Assembly (NCBI GenBank): GCA_964016885.1
Contig: OZ024761.1
Location: 28,458,001-28,521,856 of the forward strand
Source: Eledone cirrhosa
Taxonomy: Eukaryota
Length of the DNA: 63,856 bases
Direction: 5' to 3'
Part shown: piece after piece, positions 27,569 to 42,235 of the stretch
Position numbering within the stretch: the first letter of the stretch is position 1
Layout of the letters: every line of letters begins with the position of its first letter
Notes under the pieces: model-generated
What the model was told of the DNA's origin: nothing
What the model saw: the letters and a program-made list of their open reading frames with translations, nothing else
The model's database searches: none
Translations under genes and position numbers: made by a program

Positions 27569-28349
27569 AAGAGGAGTTTGATGAGGTTGCTGTGTTGTTT
27601 ATAGATCAGTGAGATATGTTAAGTTTTAATCTTCTATGTAGACAATTGTGAGAAATTAAATGCATGTGCTTCTTTTATCTAACTCTTTCATTTCCATATT
27701 TCTAATGAAAAATACACTGACCATGTGTTTTAATTAATTTCGAAAATAACCAACCATTTGGAGGAATTTAATAAAATTCAATAAACATTTTTCATTAGTA
27801 GGCTGATATTTAGAACATTACTTAAGAAAAATTGCTAAATTTGCATCAAGATGAAAGGTTTTAATATAAGTGTAAGCATTTTAAAATGAGCAATTTTCTA
27901 TCATAAATCCATACTGGCTTCTGGCAGTTTCGTATCAAAAAGCTTTCAGTTTTTCTATGTGCATAATTATTGAAATTTTTTTTTAATATGCAGAAGTGAC
28001 AAAAGTTAATGGATTGTTAATAAGAGTTACCAAAATTTAAGAGATACCACAGGATGTTACAAGTTAACCTTTTCCTGTTTTAAACCCCAAATAACTATTG
28101 CTAATGAAGTACCACATTTTCTCGATCTTTAACAGAAAGCGTAGTTATGTTAATTGAATCTAAGTTTAAATGGATTGGCACATAGCCTTATGTACGCAAT
28201 GTCATTAGGATATATTTTCAGTTTCACAGCCACTAATTACGTGCTGCATTTCAGTTGACAATTCTCACAAACGAGACAAAAACTAATTGGATATAAGACA
28301 ATTACTGTTTTGGGTTTTGCTAATTGTGGAATTAGAAGAGTTCATTTTG

Positions 28350-28393
<44 letters not shown>

Positions 28394-28867
28394 CATCATC
28401 ACCATCATGCTGGATTGGCAGAATTTTTAGATTGTCGGAAAAAACTCTTTGCAGCATTTATTTTGTCTCTTTATATGCTGAGTTCAAATTCTGTGATAGT
28501 CAGTTTTGCCTCTCATTTTTTTCAGGGTGATAAAATAAAATACCAGTCAGATACTCTGGTTTATGTAATCACCTTTCTCTTCCCAAAAAATTGTTGGCCT
28601 TATGCCTAAATTAGAAATGATCATCATCAGCATTATTATTATTACTAGATGAGGGTAAAGTCTTTTCCCTCTTTCTGTCACACACACACACACTCTCTCT
28701 CTCGAAACAAATGGCTTTCCGTTTCTCTCTCTATTTATGTACATCTCTTTTGCTTGGCACTCCCCCTTTCTCTATGTAGATGAGGGGGACATCATAACTT
28801 TCTGCCCAGCAAGCTTTTTCTGTCACCTCAAAAACACACAGTGTTCCTTCTTCTCTCTCTATCTATG

Positions 28868-29245
28868 TATTTCATACACTGCCCGGGCGTCACTGACCTG
28901 TGGGGCTATGTAGAACGACTATTGTCGCGGGTGGGACCAATCCAGTTGACCACCGAGTCCATTGTCATGATCAAACCGCCACCCTCCTTCAAAAACGAAG
29001 GAGAGGCGGTTTTCCTTTGTGTGATAGCTATGGCGAAAGAGGTTGTATGGTGGACAAGGTTGAAAGGGCTGAGGTCAGACACCTTTCTCTCCGGCCAACA
29101 ACTGATTCTTTTTTTCAAATACCACTTTGGAAGAAGAATCAGGATGGAGAGAGAGGTGCTGTACCCCAGCAAGTTTTATGAAAGGTGGGTGAAAGTGGCG
29201 AGAATGGCCCGAGTGAATGGGCCATCTCTCTATATCAGCCTGTAG
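28868..29245 (+). mobile_element. L1/Tx1-clade LINE ORF2 C-terminal fragment
   Basis: GC-richer island; YFIHCP....LW and AKEVVWWTR resemble the H.F..C.....W and AK..IW..R motifs after the L1/Tx1 zinc knuckle; recognised from memory, not by search. Confidence 0.6.
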
Positions 29246-29371
29246 GTTGTATGTATATATCTCTTGCTTGTCGCTCCACCTCTCTGTATAAAGGGAACAT
29301 GAAAGACGGTTGGATGATTGGACAGATAGACAACGCTCTTATTATAATATAGATTATTATTATTATTATTA

Positions 29372-29568
29372 AGGGTGGTGGATTGGCAGTACCGGTAGAG
29401 GGTCAGACACCCTGCTTTGCAGCATAGAGTTACAGCCCTTTATGGTCTGAGGTCAAATCCCGTCGAGGTTAACTTTGCCTTCATCCTTACGGGGGTCGAT
29501 AAAATAAAGTACCAGTAATACACTGGGATAATTGCTGGCCTTGTGCCAAAAGTAGAAACAATTATTAT
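29372..29568 (+). mobile_element. SINE family B copy
   Basis: Matches other B copies. Confidence 0.85.
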
Positions 29569-29580
29569 TGGAGTTACAGG

Positions 29581-29611
<31 letters not shown>

Positions 29612-29696
29612 CCAACCAGCCTTGACCCGTGTCATGTGGACGCATGTACCAGTAATGCATAATGGGATGATTGCTGGCGTTGTGCCAGAAGTAGAA

Positions 29697-29909
29697 ATCA
29701 TCATCACACCCACCACCACCACCACCACCAACACCACCATCATCATCATCATCACAATCATCACCATCATCATCATCATCACAATCATCATCACCACCAC
29801 CACCACCACCACCACCATCATCATCACAATCATCACCATCATCACCATTATCATCATCACAATCATCACCACCACCACCACCACCACCACCATCATCATC
29901 CCAATCACC

Positions 29910-29940
<31 letters not shown>

Positions 29941-30075
29941 CAATCATCACCATCATCACAATCATCATCATCATCACCACCACCACCATCATCATCATCA
30001 ATCATCACAATCATCACCACCACCACCACCACCACCACCACCACCACCATCATCACCATCACCACCATCATCATT
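29697..30075. repeat. Compound (CAT)/(CAC) trinucleotide repeat
   Basis: Direct inspection. Confidence 0.92.
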
Positions 30076-30545
30076 GCTAACACGATTCTAGTGAAACGAC
30101 ATGGATAATAAAGAAAGGTTCTTCTATCATATATCGTATCTATGGTCTTTGTATCATAAAGCCAGGAGGAGGAGGTGATGGGGGTTGGGGGGTTCAGGTA
30201 TATTTGGTATCAAAAGGGTTAAGTAATTAACTGAAGGCCATAAAAAACAACCGTCAGGGCAGCACAAGTCGAACTGAACGTTTACAATCAATTGGGCAGA
30301 TACAGAGCAACATGTTCAACTTTACAATGGTATCTGTGCTATCATATCTAACAACATTATGTCCGTCGTTAGATTTACTACCAACACCACCACTACAACC
30401 ATCAAAGCCAGCACTAGAACTAAACACCATTATCATCATCCTCGTCATCAACATTATCATCAAAATCACTGTCGCCATTATCAATCTGTCTCCTTGCCAT
30501 CAAGATTATTATAATGAGCAACCAGCCAATCATTAAGAAAAATGA

Positions 30546-30599
<54 letters not shown>

Positions 30600-30915
30600 G
30601 TATATATATATATGTGTATATATATATACATACACACACACACATATAGATATAGATATATACATACATACATACACAATTATAAACACATATATAGATA
30701 TACACATAAATTCCCACATACACATATACATAAATTAAAACATACATATATATATATAAATATATATATAAATATATATATTATATATATATATTATATA
30801 TATATATATGTGTGTGTATATATATATATAATTTATATATATATCTATATATATATATATATATATATATAGATGTGTGTGTATGTATATATAATATATA
30901 TATATATATATATAA

Positions 30916-30949
<34 letters not shown>

Positions 30950-30991
30950 TGTGTGTGTATGTATATATAATATATATATATATATATATAA

Positions 30992-31036
<45 letters not shown>

Positions 31037-31125
31037 ATATATATATATAATATATATATATATATAATTAATATATATATATATGTGTATATATATATAA
31101 TATATATATATATATATAATTAATA

Positions 31126-31476
31126 TGGCGTCACGCAGTAATACAGGGTACCCGACCTCCCATGGGTACATGCTGAAGCATATAAACAATATGCCCCCCC
31201 CCACCGCAAGGTGGTCGTGGAGGTGCCACGGCAAAAAAGCACCCAGCCCACACTGTAAAGTGGACGTGTAGGCGCCACGAAAAAGCACCCAGCACTCACT
31301 GTAAATGAGGTTGGTGTTGTGAAGGGCATCCAGCTGTAGAAATCAAGCCAGATCAGTTCCTGTATGAGCAAGGCATGGTCAGCCGACCAGACACTGCCCA
31401 CAACAGGACAACCCGTCTAACCCATGCTAGCGTGGAAGAACGGACGTAAAACGGTGATGATGATGATGATGATGAT
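31126..31476 (+). mobile_element. RTE family B, short 5'-truncated copy (ORF end + 3' UTR)
   Basis: Nearly identical to 58454-58810; inserted in a TA-rich array. Confidence 0.93.
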
Positions 31477-31505
31477 ATATAATTAATATATATTTATATA
31501 TGTGT

Positions 31506-31539
<34 letters not shown>

Positions 31540-32850
31540 ATTAATATATATATATGTGTATATATATATAATATATATATAATTTATATATATATATATA
31601 TACATACACATATACACACATATACACACATATACACATACATACATAGATACATATATATCTTTCATTTATATATATATATATATACACATATATACGC
31701 ACATATATGCTTACACATAAATTCATATGTGTGAAAAAAATAAAAGAAACTATATTTTAGAATTAAAAAAAAAAAAAGGGGCTGTGTAAAACTACCTCAG
31801 AGCTGGAGGCTGTAACTGACGTATTTTTTTGTCTTATTTCTCGGAAAAAAAATTTTTCTTTTCTTTTTTCAAAAGACATTTCTTTTTTTCTTCTTCCACA
31901 ATTTTAACTTTCCTTTTCATTTTTCAGTGAAAGTAAAAGAAAAATATCTTTGTTGTGATAGTTAAGTATCAGTGGTGGTAGTTACTAAAGCTCTTCCTTT
32001 AGATGATCATTTGTGAAATAGCACTACAAAGATTACCAACTCTGTGTGTGAATATATGTGTGTGTGTATGGCTGCTGTGTGGCTGTGTGTGTGTGTGTCT
32101 GTGAGGTTGTGTGTGTGTGTGTGAGTGCGCGTCTGTGTTTGTCTCGGTGTGTGAGTGTGTGTGCGTGTCTGTGTATGTCTGTCTGTGTGTGTGTCTGTGT
32201 ATGTCGGTGTGTGTGTCTGTGTATGTCGGTGTGTGTGAGTGTGTGTATGTGTGTATTTGTGTGGCTGTGTGTGTCTGTGTGAGTGCGTGCGTCTGTGTAT
32301 GTCTCAGTATGTGTGAGTGTGTGTATGTGTGAGGTTGTGTGTGTGTGTGTGAGTGTGTGTGTTTTGTGTATGTCTCAGTGTGTGTGTGTGTGAGAGCCTG
32401 TGTATGTTTCAGTGTGTGTGAGTGTGTGTGTATGTGTGAGGCTGTGTGAGGCTGTGTGTGGCTGTGTGTGTGAATGTGTGTCTGTGCAGCTGGGTGTATG
32501 TGAATGTGTGTGTCTGTGTATGTCTCAGTGTGTGTGAGTGTGTGTGTCTGTGTATGTCTCAGTGTGTGTATGTGTGTATGTGGCTATGTGTGTGTACATT
32601 AGTGTGTGTATGTGTGTGTGTGTCTCTGTGGCTGTGTATTTGTATGGTGTAGAAGTGTGTATGTATGTGTGTGTATTATATGGTGTATATGTGTGTATAT
32701 AGACGTGTGTATGTAGACATGTGTATGTATGTGTGTGTATATATATGGTGTAGATGTGTGTATGTATGTGTGTGTATGTATGTAAGTGTATAGAGAAGGA
32801 ATAGTTTATGTGCACAGTACGGTTTACAAGAGTGTATATATCTGTATGTA

Positions 32851-32894
<44 letters not shown>

Positions 32895-32897
<3 letters not shown>

Positions 32898-32938
32898 GTG
32901 TGTCTGTATATATATATATATATATATATAATAGTGTG

Positions 32939-33007
<69 letters not shown>

Positions 33008-33050
33008 GTGTGTCTGTATATATATATATATATATATATATAATAGTGTG

Positions 33051-33087
<37 letters not shown>

Positions 33088-33130
33088 GTGTGTCTGTATA
33101 TATATATATATATATATATATAATAGTGTG

Positions 33131-33167
<37 letters not shown>

Positions 33168-33208
33168 GTGTGTCTGTATATATATATATATATATATATA
33201 ATAGTGTG

Positions 33209-33243
<35 letters not shown>

Positions 33244-33284
33244 GTGTGTCTGTATATATATATATATATATATATAATAGTGTG

Positions 33285-33321
<37 letters not shown>

Positions 33322-33365
33322 GTGTGTCTGTATATATATATATATATATATATAATAGTGTGTGT
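32895..33365. repeat. AATAGTGTGTCTG motif x~12 separated by variable (TA)n
   Basis: Direct inspection. Confidence 0.92.
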
Positions 33366-34064
33366 GTATATGATATGATATGCAAGTATGTATGTTGAAT
33401 AATGAAGGGGTGACCATATATACATAGAATTTCCCATTCTTTCTCTCTTTCTCTACCCATTCTTTTAAACTCAATACTAAGCTAACCTGTTGCATTGCAT
33501 TTTGTATGTAAGAGGCAAATGTCTTTGTTTGTGTGCAGCATAAAGGAAGGGTTGGAATGCATGACGGATGCATAATTGGTGCATGTGCGAGATCAGTTGC
33601 TGTATACGCGTATATATTTACTCTCTCTATATATAAATATAATTATATAAATATATACATATATATATGTGTGTGTGTGTGTATGCATGTGTGTGCATAT
33701 GTATATATATATATATATATATATGTATCAGAGTTTTGTAGATTATACTTTGAAAAGTCAAACTAAACATTGCTAACTATATTATATTTTAATTTACATA
33801 TGTTTCATCCTTAATATTGAGAGCTCAATATTAGAAAATCCTCAGAATTAAATAGGATATAAATACTTTAACCAGAAAATTGTCAAAAAATATATCGTAG
33901 CAGAGCATTTTGTTTACATTTAAAAAAAAACGCAGCATCAAAATTAGGAAATAGTACTTACACCGAGTAGCACAGGAATAATTATATTTACATGGGCACT
34001 CAAACGTATAGGCAAGGATTATATGAATATCGTAATCATAGTTATATGTAATACATCTTTTTTG

Positions 34065-34880
34065 CACACCACCACCACCATCACGACCACACCACCAACA
34101 CCAACACCACCCACCATAAACAACATCACCACAACCAACACAACCACCAACACCACACCCCATCCCACCACCAACAACACACCACCAACACCACACCACC
34201 ACAAACAACATCACCACCACCAACACAACCACCACCACCACCACACAACAACCACACCACCAACACAACCACCACCACCACCACCACACAACTAACACAT
34301 CACCAACACAACCACCACCACCACACAACAGCCACACCACCACCACTAACGCCACACCACCAACACCACAAACATCACACCACCAGCACAACACCACCAA
34401 CGCCACACCACCAACACCACACCACCACCACTAACACCACACCACCAACACCACACCACACCACAAACATCACACCACCAGCACACCACCACCAACGCCA
34501 CACCACGAACACCACCAATGCCACACCACCAACGCCACACCATCAACACCACACCACAAACACCACACCACCAACACCACACCCCACCAACGCCACACCA
34601 CCAACACCACACCACAAACACCACACCACCAACAGCACAAACATCACACCACCAACACGACACCACCAACACGACACCACCAACACAACACCACCAACAC
34701 GACACCACAAACACCACCCCACCAACACCACAAACACCACACCACCAACAGCACAAACATCACACCACCAACACGACACCACCACCAACACAACACCACC
34801 AACACCACACCACCACACCCCACCAACACCACCACACCCCACCAACACCACCAACACCACCACACCGCCACCACCACCAC
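34065..34880. repeat. CAC/CAA-rich degenerate repeat
   Basis: Direct inspection. Confidence 0.9.
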
Positions 34881-35399
34881 TGTTGTTATCAAACTGTGTT
34901 GTTGTTAACAGAACAACAACAACAACAACAACAACAGAAGAAACAGCAACAGGTTCCACCAGAAGAAGATTCTGTTAGTTTATACCTATATTCAATAATC
35001 TAAGTCAGTTCTTTTATTATTCTGGAATGGAAGTAAGAGTTAAGTGGACAAACTCCACCTCCCACCATCACCACATACACAGACATATACACATACATAC
35101 ATATACACACATACACATACACATTATTGTCATACATATATAGACAGACAGACAGATGGATAGATGGACAGTCAGGCAGACGGGATGGCAGAGAGCAAGT
35201 TAGAGAACAGTAACAGATGTTAAACTTCAAAACATTCATACTGATTATATATATATATGTATGTATGTATGTATATAATATATATATATATAGATATATA
35301 TATATATATGTATGTATATTGGAAGTCCACAGGGTAAAACTATATATAAATACACACACACACATATATATTTATATGTCTATATATATGTATATATAT

Positions 35400-35472
<73 letters not shown>

Positions 35473-35484
35473 GTATATATATAC

Positions 35485-35536
<52 letters not shown>

Positions 35537-36169
35537 GTATATATATATATATATATAAAACACATATACACACACTTCAGTATTCCTCTCGGGCTGTACG
35601 ATCTGGCTCCGATCTTGTTAACGCTAATAGAAATAAATTATCTAATAGACCATAGAACATTGTTCAGCCATCTTAACAACAATAACAACAACAACAACAA
35701 TAACAACAATAATAATAATAATAATAATAATAATAGTAATAATAATGAAGGAACAGAAGACACGTCAATTACAACAAAAAGAAAAGCAACACAAGTGAAA
35801 AACATTAAATAAAAGAGAAAAAGTAGAAGTAAATGAAGAATTGTTCATTGTCTGTGAATTAGCTGTGAAGAATTGATAAATTCCAGAGAGAGACAGAACG
35901 AGATATTTATATATAGAGAGAGAAAGAGAGCAAAGTCACACAAGACTTTAAATTTTTGATCAGATTGGTCTCCATCTATTGATCCAGTTTTTTTTTTGTT
36001 TGGGTGTCTAACGGTTTGACACGAACAAAACTTTGGGTTTTCGAAGTTTTATATATATAAGTGTGGGTGTGTGTGTGTCAACATGAATGGACCTGTTAAT
36101 TTTATCTAGAGACATTTTTTTCCAATTCCATCCCGCCCGTCCCTTCAATCTATCTTATTTCTCACTCTT

Positions 36170-36205
36170 TCTTCTGATGAAGGACTAGCATCCGAAACGT
36201 TAAGA
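36170..36205 (+). ncRNA. Minimal hammerhead ribozyme (Penelope-like type)
   Basis: TCTT-CTGATGA-A-GGA-CTAGCA-TCC-GAAAC-GT-T-AAGA; stem I TCTT/AAGA, palindromic ACGT stem III, GUU triplet. Confidence 0.7.
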
Positions 36206-36289
36206 CTCTCTGCCGGTTATTTCAAGTGTTAACCTAATATATTCCTTCCATATACTGTACCGATTCGGTTGTTATTTCTGTTTATCTTT

Positions 36290-36363
<74 letters not shown>

Positions 36364-36527
36364 AACAGTATTTACGTATCGAGAGAGAGAAAAAAAGGGG
36401 AGGATAGGTGATACATATAGTTATTTGCCAAGTAGCGTATGCCAAAGGTGCTCGATACTAGTGCCGGCAGTATTAAATATTCGAAGTGTTAATATTTAGT
36501 GAGCTAGAGAGTTAGCAGAGCGTAAGC

Positions 36528-36684
36528 ACGTGGGAAAGTAAGAAATCGGAGAATAGACCGTTAAAACATGTTTATTTAAAACACCACCTACATACGTTTA
36601 TTTAAAACAGCACGTACATACGTAGGTGCTGTTTTAAATAAACATGTTTTAACGGTCTATTCTCCGATTTCTTACTTCCCACGT
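36528..36684. repeat. Inverted repeat (~60-bp arms) with an internal direct duplication
   Basis: ACGTGGGAA(A)GTAAGAAATCGGAGAATAGACCGTTAAAACATGTTTATTTAAAACA.CACCTAC and its reverse complement. Confidence 0.85.
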
Positions 36685-36689
36685 ATATA

Positions 36690-36748
<59 letters not shown>

Positions 36749-36865
36749 ATATATATGTATATATAAGTATATATATGTATTTTTCTATTTCTTTTCCTTA
36801 TATATATATATATATAAGGAAAGGAAATCGAAAAATACATATATATACATATATACATATATATA

Positions 36866-37204
36866 CATCATCATCATCATCATTTCATTTTACGTCCGCT
36901 TTTTCCCTGCTTGCAAGGGTGGGACGGGAACTGATGCTGGCTTGATTTCTACAGCTGGATGCCCTTCCTAACACCAACCTCATTTACAGTGAGTGCTTTT
37001 TTTCCGTGGCACCTCCACGACCACTTTGCAGTGGAATGATAGGGACCCCAGTCCCTATCATCTCATTTCTACAGCTGAGTAAACTGAAGCAATGTGAAAT
37101 AAAGTGTCTTGCTCAAGGAAACAACACATCACCCGGTCTGAGAATTGAACTCACAACCTTTCGATTGCAAGGCCAATGCTCTAACCACTAAGCCATGTGC
37201 CTCC
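36866..37204 (-). mobile_element. SINE family A copy
   Basis: Reverse complement of 35-372. Confidence 0.88.
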
Positions 37205-37333
37205 ATCATATATATATATATATATATATATACAGGCATGGAGGGAAGGCACTCCGTTGGTTACAGCGAACAGCGACGAGTGTTCCAGTTGATCTGATCA
37301 ACGGAACAGCCTGCTTTTGAAATTAACATGCAA

Positions 37334-38547
37334 GATGGTATCATTGTGAGAGGCTATGGTCCCTCAGATGTTAACACTATGTAAGGCTACTGTCCCTCAA
37401 AGAGATGGTACCACTGTGTGAGGCTACTGTCCCTCAGATGGTACCACTGTGTGAGGCTATTGTCCCTCAGATGGTACCACTGTGTGAGGCTACTGTCCCC
37501 CAAAGAGATGGTACCACTGTGTTAGGCTACTGTCCCTCAAAGAGATGGTACCACTGTGTGAGGCTACTGTCCCTCAAAGAGATGGTACCACTGTGTTAGG
37601 CTACTGTCCCTCAAAGAGATGGTACCACTGTGTGAGGCTACTGTCCCTCAGATGGTACCACTGTGTGAGGCTACTGTCCCTCAGATAGTACCACTGTGTG
37701 AGGCTATTGTCCCCCAAAGAGATGGTACCACTGTGTTAGGCTACTGTCCCTCAAAGAGATGGTACCACTGTGTGCGGCTATTGTCCCTCAGATGGTACCT
37801 CTGTGTGAGGCTACTGTCCCTCAGATGGTACCACTGTGTGAGGCTACTGTCCCTCAAAGAGATGGTACCACTGGGTGAGGCTACTGTCCCTCAGATGGTA
37901 CCACTGTGTGAGGCTATTGTCCCCCAAAGAGATGGTACCACTGTGTGCGGCTATTGTCCCTCAGATGGTACCACTGTGTGAGGCTACTGTCCCTCAGATA
38001 GTACCACTGTGTGAGGCTATTGTCCCCCAAAGAGATGGTACCACTGTGTTAGGCTACTGTCCCTCAAAGAGATGGTACCTCTGGGTGAGGCTACTGTCCC
38101 TCAGATGGTACCACTGTGTGAGGCTATTGTCCCCCAAAGAGATGGTACCACTGTGTGCGGCTATTGTCCCTCAGATGGTACCACTGTGTGAGGCTACTGT
38201 CCCTCAGATAGTACCACTGTGTGAGGCTATTGTCCCCCAAAGAGATGGTACCACTGTGTTAGGCTACTGTCCCTCAAAGAGATGGTACCTCTGGGTGAGG
38301 CTACTGTCCCTCAAATGGTACCACTGTGTGAGGCTATTGTCCCCCAAAGAGATGGTACCACTGTGTGCGGCTATTGTCCCTCAGATGGTACCTCTGTGTG
38401 AGGTTACTGTCCCCCAAAGAGATGGTACCATTGTCTGAGGCTATTTTCCCCCGAAGAGATGGTACTATTGTGTGAGGCTATTGTCCCTCAGATGGTACCA
38501 CTGTGTGAGGCTACTGTCCCTCAAAGAAATGGTACCACTGTGTGAGG
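37334..38547. repeat. 33/37-bp minisatellite with a 210-bp higher-order repeat
   Basis: Monomer GATGGTACCACTGTGTGAGGCTACTGTCCCTCA(+AAGA); identical blocks at 37921, 38131, 38341. Confidence 0.95.
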
Positions 38548-39024
38548 AAAGACTGTGCACTGAGCCAATCCCACTCTGAGCAACAGTAGCTATAACCAGA
38601 AAAGAAGAAAAGGTCAACATCATCGGTAACTACTGAGCCACAGGTTTTATGTCGGAGTTATTCCAGTTTCATAGAAGAATGCCCTGACAAAGGCTAGGGG
38701 TCCTTCACTCTCAGTGGTTTAACCGTGTGATTGGGTATCCAGCCCGATTATTTCTATGTCTATGCATATATACATATATACATACATATATGCATATATA
38801 CAGAATATAGAGTTTGTTTTCCACAGATTCAGAAGAAGGTGTATAAGAATGGAAGGAATGAATGAAGGAAGTAAGGAAGGTAGAGAATATTGAGGGAGGA
38901 ATAAATGTACCAAGTCATGTGATTATTCCATCCTTAATCCACCTCTAATCCACCCAGTCCACCCCATATATTCTTGAGGTGATTCTGAGGTAGATAGGAG
39001 ATATATTTGGCACTCTTGTATACA

Positions 39025-40113
39025 GGTAGTGGTGGTGGTGGTGGTAGTGGTGGTTGTGATGGAGTGGTGGTAGTGGTGGTGGTGATGATGGGGTCGTAGT
39101 GTCGTTACTGTGGTGGTGGTGGAGTGGTGGTGTCGTTACTAAAGTGGTGGTGATGAAATGGTGGTAGTGGTAGTGGTGTCGTTACTGAAGTGGTGGTGGT
39201 GATGGAGTGGTGGTAGTGGTGGTGGTGATGATGGAGTGGTGGTAGTGGTGGTGGTGATGATGGAGTGGTAGTGTCGTTACTGAAGTGGTGGTGGTGATGG
39301 AGTGGTAGTGTCGTTACTGAAGTGGTGGTGATGATGGAGTGGTAGTGTCGTTACTGAAGTGGTGGTGGTGATGGAGTGGTAGTGTCGTTACTGAAGTGGT
39401 GGTGGTGATGGAGTGGTGGTGTCGTTACTGAAGTGGTGGTGGTTGTGGTGGTAGTGGTGGTGGTGATAATGGAGTGGTAGTGTCGTTACTGAAGTGGTGG
39501 TGGTGATGGAGTGGTAGTGTCGTTACTGAAGTGGTGGTGGTGATGGAGTGGTGGTGTCGTTACTGAAGTGGTGGTGGTGGTTGTGATGGAGTAGTGGTGT
39601 GGTGATGATGGAATGGCAGTGTCGTTACTGAAGTGGTGGTGGTTATGGAGTGGTGGTGTCGTTACTGAAGTGGTGGTAGTGGTAGTTGTGATGTAGTGGT
39701 GGTGGTGATGATGATGGAGTGGTAGTGTCGTTACTGAAGTGCTGGTGGTGGTGGTGATGGAGTGGTGGTGTCGTTACTGAAGTGGTGGTGGTGGTAGTTG
39801 TGATGGAGTGGTGGTAGTGGTGGTGGTGATGATGGAGTGGCAGTGTCGTTACTGAAGTGCTGGTGGTGGTGGTGATGGAGTGGTGGTGTCGTTACTGAAG
39901 TGGTGGTGGTGGTAGTTGTGATGGAGTGGTGGTAGTAGTGGTGGTGATGATGGAGTGGCAGTGTCGTTACTGAAGTGCTGGTGGTGGTGGTGATGGAGTG
40001 GTGGTGTCGTTACTGAAGTGGTGGTGGTGGTGAGGGAGTGGTGGTGTCGTTACTGAAGTGGTGGTGGTGATGGAGTGGTGGTGTCGTTACTGAAGTGGTG
40101 GTGGTGGTGGTGG
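39025..40113. repeat. GTG-rich minisatellite, core GTGTCGTTACTGAAGTGG, ~37-bp base unit
   Basis: Direct inspection. Confidence 0.92.
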
Positions 40114-40303
40114 AGATGCTAGGATTCTGTGGAAACAGTGTGTAGTGATGTTTTTGTAATCTAGAACACCTAACTAAATGTTCACAAAGATTACATCACA
40201 CCTAGTACATACATAACCAATGTTATGAATACAAAATATGGGAAGGATTCTGAAATATATGTTGACTGTGTATATGGCATGTGTTTGTGTGAGTGTGTGT
40301 GAC

Positions 40304-40338
<35 letters not shown>

Positions 40339-40557
40339 ATATAGATGTATATATATATGTGTGTATATGTTTATATATGTATATATATATGTATGTGTGT
40401 ATATATATATGTATGTGTGTATATATATATATGTACGTATGTATGTATGCACACATATATGCTAGCGGGGAAAGCAGATGTATGATGATTATGATATACA
40501 TACATATATATATATCATCATCATCATCACCGTTTAACATCCATTTATCCTTGCTGG

Positions 40558-40631
<74 letters not shown>

Positions 40632-40713
40632 TATATATATACATCCATTATCATAAAGCTGTTTTTCAGCTAATGTGTGCTAGAGATGATATATGCATAT
40701 ACATTTGTGTGTA

Positions 40714-40751
<38 letters not shown>

Positions 40752-40763
40752 TACATACATATG

Positions 40764-40850
<87 letters not shown>

Positions 40851-40873
40851 ATACATACATATGTATGTATATG

Positions 40874-40904
<31 letters not shown>

Positions 40905-40925
40905 GTATGTATATACATACATATG

Positions 40926-40961
<36 letters not shown>

Positions 40962-41481
40962 TATATATGCATATCTGGTGTATATTATATATAATAAAAT
41001 CTTGTATATATGTTTAACTATAGAAGGCTCATTTCTCTTCATTTCAAAAATAGTGAATATGTTTGTAAGCTCTGCAGTGACTATACACATCATCATCACC
41101 ATCATCATCAACATTTATACATCAACTTTACCATGCTGACATGGGTCGCAGAGGAATTTGTGAGGCAATGTTTTACAGCCCTTGCTGACACCAACCCTTT
41201 CAATCACGTCTTACAACTAGCAGGAATAGTGTACTTATTCTGAACTGAATACATATGGATATGTATGTATATAATATTGTATGTGCATGATTATATTTTT
41301 AATATTTATGTAAATATATATGTATACATATATTATTGTATGTATATACATCATCTACATCATGATTATCATGTTTATGTCAACTTTTCCATGGTAGCAT
41401 GGGTTGGAGGGAATTGTGCGAGGCAATGTTTTGCATACATACATACATAACATTTTCGTACATATATGCAAAGAGACAATG

Positions 41482-41535
<54 letters not shown>

Positions 41536-41730
41536 GTGCACAAATATACATACATATCGACACACATAAAGACAGACAGACATTAATGCACACATAATAA
41601 TTAGTATAACCACCAAAATATACATATATACGTACATACAAACACACGCATACAATCACACACACATTTATATCAACACACATACACACACAAATATACA
41701 GACAGGCACACTTAAGAATTAGTATGACCA

Positions 41731-41769
<39 letters not shown>

Positions 41770-41775
<6 letters not shown>

Positions 41776-42131
41776 GTTTGTATATGTATAATAAAGCCAA
41801 AACAATGCAGGTATGGACATAGAATAAAGAATGCAAATGCAAAAGATATTGTTGACAATTAGTCTTTTAACTTAGATTTATTTAAATGTCCTTAATTTTC
41901 GAGATAATATCTCTTCTTCAGAGGGAAGTATGACTTGGCAAGCTATTTAGAACACTGGTTTAACCGCTTTACTTCCCTCCGAAGAAAAGATATTATCTCG
42001 AACATTAAGGACATTTAAATAAATCTAAGGTAAAAGACTAATTGTCAACAATATCTTTTGCAATTGCATTCTTTATTCTATGTCCATACCTGCATTGTTT
42101 TGGCTTTAATATACATATACAAACGTTTATA
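41770..42131. repeat. Palindrome (~160-bp arms, ~40-bp spacer) with a hammerhead motif in each arm
   Basis: Left arm minus strand 41889-41925: CCT-CTGAAGA-A-GAGAT-ATT-ATCTC-GAAA-ATT-A-AGG; right-arm copy is mutated (CCGAAGA, GAAC). Confidence 0.8.
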
Positions 42132-42169
42132 CCTCATTACACAATGCTTCAAGTGAACTATAACTTCCT

Positions 42170-42235
<66 letters not shown>

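Noticed and set aside
32895-33365. CRISPR-like repeat-spacer pattern
   Set aside because: Spacers are only variable-length (TA)n; eukaryotic context; no cas genes.
39025-40113. Mucin-like Thr-rich exon on the minus strand
   Set aside because: The 37-bp base unit shifts frame at every copy.
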